Positions 51,665 through 57,632 of a DNA stretch of 57,632 nucleotides are shown here, piece after piece (positions within the stretch are counted from its first letter, which is position 1; every line of letters starts with the position of its first letter). The translations under genes and the position numbers were made by a program. Origin of the DNA: Chara braunii (lineage: Eukaryota; Plantae; Charophyceae). Where the stretch lies: positions 6,804,243-6,861,874 of the forward strand of contig BFEA01000008.1 of assembly GCA_003427395.1 (NCBI GenBank), read 5' to 3'. A model generated the notes under the pieces. That model was not told the DNA's origin. It saw nothing but the letters and a program-made list of their open reading frames with translations, and searched no databases.

Positions 51665-54600
51665 GTTCTTTAAACCATTTGATTGGTGACATAAGGGATC
51701 GATCCAAATTCCAGTGTTTGGCCCATCTGTCGTTCACTATGTCTCTCAAGTGTGTCTTAGGTATGAGCATTTTATAGGATGATTTAACCGAGATCTGGTG
51801 TAGACTAATATGGCTAGTATGGCTTGTCTTAGCGGCTCTTCCCCTTTGGGGATGCTGCCAGATCCATTCCACTGGGTCCAAAGGCAGGTCTTTGATTGAC
51901 TTTTCCGGTTGGAAAGCCACCCTATGGCCCTTCTCCTTTATAACCCTTACCCTATGCAGTGATGACATGTCTCTCCATTCAAAGGGTGCTCTACTTCCCT
52001 GGAGGGGACCCGTTTTGGTAATAGTGTAGTCCTCAACTAGGGCTATTTGTGGTGAGACCATATGGATCAGACCGATGCTCTGCGGGGTCCCCGTATTCGC
52101 CACCCAATCCCTTCCTTGAAGGTGGGACCTCGTTTGAGGGTCCGGTATCAGTCAAGTGGGATAAGTTCAATTATATTTTCTAGTAGCTCCTCTATGTGAT
52201 GGCAATACCTTAAGGGGCCTCGCAGTTGATCCCCCGTTTTCCAATCCTTTCTGTCGTCGTCCCACAGATCCCCTACTCTCTGTATCCCATTTTTAACCCA
52301 GCTCTTCCAAGGTGAGGACGAACTTACCATAACGCAGCCCCTCGTATCTGTTATCCATCTATTCCCAAAGAGGGGTTGTCAGTAGATTTCTTCCCATCGG
52401 TCTGGGGGAGCCCTATCTGGAAGTGGAAGTTTGCGCCAGGTTTGTAGCAAGGATGGCCAGAAATTATCCAGTTTCTGCCCCCCTCCTTCCGCTTTTGCTC
52501 TATCCTGCGGGAGTTCGCATGGGATTGTCCAAAACCGATCCTCTAACCAAGTCAGTGGGTGACTCGTGTGGGGGGTTCTTGGGGCCGGGCGAGCCAGGTG
52601 TTCCAAAGCTAGAACACTCCATGGGTTTTGGGGGGAGAATATCAGTTTCTTGATCCATTTTATTCATAGCGCATGCGCTTGCGTGTCAGGGTCAATCGCT
52701 CCCAAGCCACCCGCTGCTTTTGGTTGTATGATTGAGCCCCATGCCACCCGGCTTATACCGTTGGTCAGCTCTCCATCCCCCCTCCATAAGAAGGCCGCTG
52801 CTTTTTTCCTTAGGTTTTTAAGGGCCCCTTTACTCAAGGGTCACAATAAGGATTTATACCATAGTGTTGCAAAGATCAAATTATTGAGCACCAACGCTCT
52901 TCCAAATAGGGACGTGTGTTTGTTTTTCGAGTTATAAAGTTTATGTTGAGCTGGGGTGCCAATCCATTCGTCGTTTATTGGGGGGCGCCCCTCCGTGGTC
53001 ATAAATACCCCCAGTATCCTCATCGGGGCTTCTAGTGGTTTCCAAGCAATGCGCGGTAAATCAGGAGCCCTCCATCACTGGGATCAATCTATTTGTCAGG
53101 GCTTTGGACAACATTTTGTATACTACCGTAAGTAATGTTATTGGTCTATAGTTTCTGATGTCCATCTTGTCCCCCTTTTTGTATAGTAGGGTCAGTATCC
53201 CTTGCCCTACCTGTTTCCCCATTCCCCGTGAGCGTCAAAACAAAAAATCGGAAGGCAGCCCAACCCACCCGAGTGTTTTTTTGAAAATTTCCTCCCACAC
53301 CCAACCCGCCCGTCACCCGTAAAAAACCTTCACCCTGACCCACCCACACCCGCGATAACAAAATTACCCGCCCGCGCCCGGTACCTAATTATTTTCCACC
53401 CGCACCCACCCATTCCCCATTGTCTCAGTCCCTTTGAACATTTGCACGCACCATAGCAACATGACATCCTTGGACAACGACGCAAAACTTTAAAGCATCT
53501 CTGCCTGCAGAAATTCGAATCGCTCCACAAGTTTGAAATTGGGTAGTGAACCTAAGGCTTGCCACTTGCTGTGGTTAGGTCCAATCCCTGCTGTTTTAAT
53601 GGGAGCGAACATCCCGTTGTTTGGGCCGTGGTCCAACTGCCACCAGTAGAGCGTGACACATTTTTTCAAGGAGGATCCCAAATTTTTAGTTGGCACTAGC
53701 GCGACTCTTTTTTTCGAGGACGAGAATTTTTTTCCCAGGGGCCCCAGGGTGGAGACTTTCCGTTTCCTGGGCCTCCAACCTTTTGAAGTCCACAGATGGA
53801 CCGACGTTTGAAGTCCNNNNNNNNNNNNNNNNNNNNNNNNNNNNNNNNNNNNNNNNNNNNNNNNNNNNNNNNNNNNNNNNNNNNNNNNNNNNNNNNNNNN
53901 NNNNNNNNNNNNNNNNNNNNNNNNNNNNNNNGGGGGGGTGGGGGGTCGGGGGGACGGTTCTTATGGGTTGTCCTGGGTCTGTGGGTCGGGTGACCCAGGC
54001 CTAGCGTTCACCCGCTTGTCACCCACCCATTCGGGTGACCCTGGCCTAACATTGACCCGCNCGTCACCCACCNAGGCTTGCTCGCCTTGACCCACCCTCA
54101 TCCTACCCATGTCAGCTTATCAAGACCCACACCTGATCCAATGCCTCGTGGGTGGGGTGGGTGCAGGTGGGTGTGGGTCTGGGTACCCGTTGCTCATCTT
54201 TGCCGTCCATATCTCGCTTTTAGAGAGCAGGGCTTCCATAGAGCTACACTGTTCAGGTATTAAGGCCTTATTCATTGATTCCAAGAATTCTTCTATCAGT
54301 TGATCGTGTCATTCTGTATCTGATTTCTCAATGTGTGAGGAAAACAACTCCTTGTAGAAATTGTATGTTATTTTCATGCAGCGGGCTGTGGTTGTGGCCG
54401 GGTCTGAATCCCTGGCATTCGGTTCGTACACGGCCTCAATCGAGGTTCGTTGAAGTCATATTTTAGCCACATTGAAGAAGCATGAATCCATCGCCTCTTC
54501 TGTAGCGAATTTTGGATAGCCTTGCCCTCGTCCAGGCTCCTTGCCATCGGTATTGTGCATGCTCAAAAAGTTGATTTTAAAGGTTTTGTTACTTTGTATA

Positions 54601-56400
54601 CGTTTCTGTAATTCAGTAGAGATCTGGTCCTGCCCTTGCGAATTCTAGTCCTGCTCAACACTCACTAGATCTCGCATGGTTGTGATCTCCTCTTGATATC
54701 GTTGGCGGCTAAATGTTTAGAAATTTCGTTGTTTTTTTTTGCCATGAAAAACAATCCATTGTTAAACCAGTCAATCTGTGATTCTTGTTGTGGACGATTG
54801 TTGTTCCAGAAGTTCCATGTCTGTTGTAAATACTTCTGAAAAGACTTGGTTTTATGTAAGGAGACATTCAATTTGTAGTAACAGGCGCCTTGATCTGGTC
54901 GCTTGCGAAAAGTCCATACAGTCATACACATCCTATGATCTAGCCCCGGGTACGGGCTGATTGGAAGTGTTGCAGCCAATGAAAGCCCTCCTCTTAGTTC
55001 CTATGAGGCCAAAATCAAGTCAATACGGGATTTAGATAGCCTAGTCGGATCATTGTTTTGGATGCAGGTGTAAGCTTTCTCTGTAGGGTTCGTGCATCTG
55101 AAGATATCAAAAAGTGAGAGGGAAGTACATAAATCTCTCAACATCCGTTCATCCTCCTCTGCGTTATATGTAGTGGTATGGGAAAGTCTCCATCGATCTA
55201 GCCATTGAGAAAGTCTCCATCGATCCAGCCATCTGTCTGGTGCTGCATTAAAGTCTCGTGCTAATATCAGTGGAACCGCTGGGATGGGGATGGTTTCAAT
55301 CTTCTCAAAGAAGCTCTTTCTTTCTCGAGTTGTATTTGGGGCATATATCGCTATTATGCACACTACCTCTTCTTCTAGCATCCCCAGTATTTTCACCCAC
55401 CGTCCTTCTTCTTCATCCTTCTCCCAATAGATCACTTCTAATCGTGATTCAGGGGGGATCCAAATCACCACCCCTGAGCTCCCCAGGCGCAGGGCAAAAG
55501 CTTGATAAGCTTGATAGGGCCAGGCCTGTTTATGGGCCCTGTGGTGTTCATGTGTGTCCAATAAGTGGGTCTCTTGTACGCACACCACGCCTGGCCACAC
55601 CCTCCCTCCTACTCTCATTAGGTCCCTTAACGCTTTTATTTTTTCTGGAGTACGTTATGCCAGGCCGTTTACATTAATCGTTCTGATGTCTAGATCCGCT
55701 TGTCCATTTCCGGTTTTTTTCATACACCACTTCCACCCAATCCATTGTGCGTTATTGTTTTTAATTTGTGGCCATCAGCCTAGGCCCTTCCTTATCCATT
55801 ATGTAATTGTGTCCATTCCTGTGACTCCCAATCCACCCCCTTGTTGAGAATATTTTTCGGAGTAATGTGCAGATGCAAGTGAGCAGGTCATTTGTAGACC
55901 ACACTTTACTTGACTTGACCTTCAACTGTTGGGTATCTAGAAGCATATTATATGTGTACCGTTGTAATCCTGCCTCTTTGTTTTCTTCGAACTGCACATA
56001 GAGGTCCTTATAGGCCATTTTCAGGGCTTCTTTCAATACACTACTGGTGGCCTTTGTCCCTGGTTCGTAGTAGCTGGCAATGAAGTTTGTAACTCTGTGG
56101 GTTTTGAGTGGCCCTTCCCTCTGCATATGCCATCCGTGTAGAGTCGTTCCCCCATAAGCAGGGGTGTATGGGTCTTCAGTCTCTGCAGGTGACAGACCTA
56201 ATTCCCACCTCCCCGCTTTTCTTCTAATCGGTAATACTAATACCTTGCCCCACTTAAGCAGGCCTTTGCAGTATAGACCTTTCTCTGTTAAGTGGTGCAG
56301 TTTGGCCCTTTTCGACGGGCCTGCTGCCTCTCTCTTTCCTTGCTCGATTTGAGAGGTCTGCATGGGCTGTTGTGTAGCCCCCTTCAAGGGCTGACGGAAT
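51665..56400 (-). mobile_element. 5' part of the interrupted minus-strand LINE (ORF1 end, APE, post-RT region; RT core absent)
   Basis: APE at 55001-55700 (VCVQETH, AIYAPN, DFNA, SRIDLIL, GLDH). Post-RT region at 51665-53075 (MRILGV, SLFGRALVLNN, SPWKSW). Colinear with the + strand LINE ORF2 except for the missing RT core. Confidence 0.9.
53080..54202. mobile_element. Insertion with ACCCG/CGGGT subterminal repeats, possibly a hAT-like MITE
   Basis: ACCCG/ACCCAC repeats at 53260-53410 and mirrored GGGT repeats at 53930-54190. The reverse-complemented right end reads CAAAGATGAGCAACGGGTACCC. The left TIR is not resolved and the element contains a gap. Confidence 0.4.
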
Positions 56401-57632
56401 CACAATGGGAACGATTACCAAGAAGCCATTTTCAGTTCCCATTCCAACCGACCAACTTCATCCTTCTCCCGGCTTGACATCCCCCTCACATCTCCAAACC
56501 CTCTTCCCCTCTTTGACCTCTCCAAACTCTTCCCCTAACCCTCCCTCAATCCTGCCCCACTACCCTCCCTCCCCTCCCTTCCTGACCACACCCGCTTCCC
56601 ACTCTCATTGCAGACGGCCGGCCAAACAGGGACTTCCTACGGGTGGAGCAGCAGAGGGGACTACTCCCCGGAGACAGAAGATGCAGCCAGCCCCCACTAT
56701 ACATCGATTCTCGGACAACAGACTGTTCCCCACAGCAGGAAAGTTGGCAGAGCAGTGGAGACAGCACTTATGAACGACAATAGAATGACAACGCGACACC
56801 GTGAAGGCACATTGACACAATGACACAATGACATGGGTTTATGGGTGGGTGGGAACAAGGGGGGGCTGAGGCCACCCCATACCAACGAATGGGTTTTTTT
56901 CGGAGGGAAGGAACATGGGGTGACCATGGATACCCCGAACTGTAGCATCGTAGAAGAACTGCAGCCCTGGCTGAAGCCACTCCACACTGACGTATGAGAA
57001 CATAAGGATGTCCATAGGGCTAATGGGTTTAATGGGTTTAACAGGTGTGCTCGGATGGAGGACAGGTGTAAGGGGCTCGATTTACCGGACCTGGTCATTA
57101 CCGCAAATAACTCACTTACAAACACTCTTAACCATATTCCACACAATACGTACCAATGTGGGACAAGAAGCACAACTAGGAACAAGTTCAACCACAACTC
57201 ATGCAGCATAGGGCTATAGCCAACAATGAGGAAACAGACCCAGCATAATGCTACAAGTAGATGGACTGTAATTGATAGTCAATCGGGCCACATTAACAAC
57301 ACTAGAATAGAAATATCTTCGATGGTTCCACTAAAAACAGGTTTGGTTGAAGGTTGGGACGCTCATAGCCCAGCCCCCTCACATTAGAGACTGACATCCC
57401 ATGTTTGCATTACTCTCACTGTATACACTATTGTGAGGATTGAGCCCTCAAGTAGGGGCCTTGCCATGATGTACATGTTCTGGGGTAAGGCCCCAGCAAG
57501 CCTTGTGCCCGCCCTAAGTGAAGGCGGGCCAGCAAATCAACAAGAGCCCTCTATGCCAACATTTCACGAAGTGGGGTCTATACAGTTGCAGCACGCCAGT
57601 TGGTTGGAGTGCACCGAGTCTCGGATTTCAGC

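Overview
Repeat-dense eukaryotic scaffold window with six N-gaps (about 1834-2134, 17484-17568, 22569-22663, 38247-38616, 41836-42030, 53817-53931), most of them next to (AG)n microsatellites. The style of the repeats and a MVDTR...-type coiled-coil ORF suggest a streptophyte alga such as Chara; this is inference and was not searched. The only host-type gene is an intronless, disabled F-box/LRR gene (minus strand, about 14853-17390). The rest is nested mobile DNA: a near-complete but disabled L1/Tx1-type LINE (+, 43738-51664) inserted into a minus-strand LINE, further LINE 3' fragments, solo or partial LTRs, a pogo/Tc1-like MITE, a long-inverted-repeat DNA transposon remnant, and tandem or palindromic arrays. 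The main observations are: (1) a ~54-nt two-hairpin motif with compensatory base changes, present 8 times, usually just upstream of A-rich tails, and shared by coding LINEs and non-coding elements; (2) a ~220-bp tandem array whose unit can be folded into an HDV-ribozyme-like double pseudoknot (speculative); (3) a probable LINE 3' transduction bounded by a 16-bp TSD; (4) a decayed, gene-dense, possibly virus-derived block next to a diverged structured duplication.
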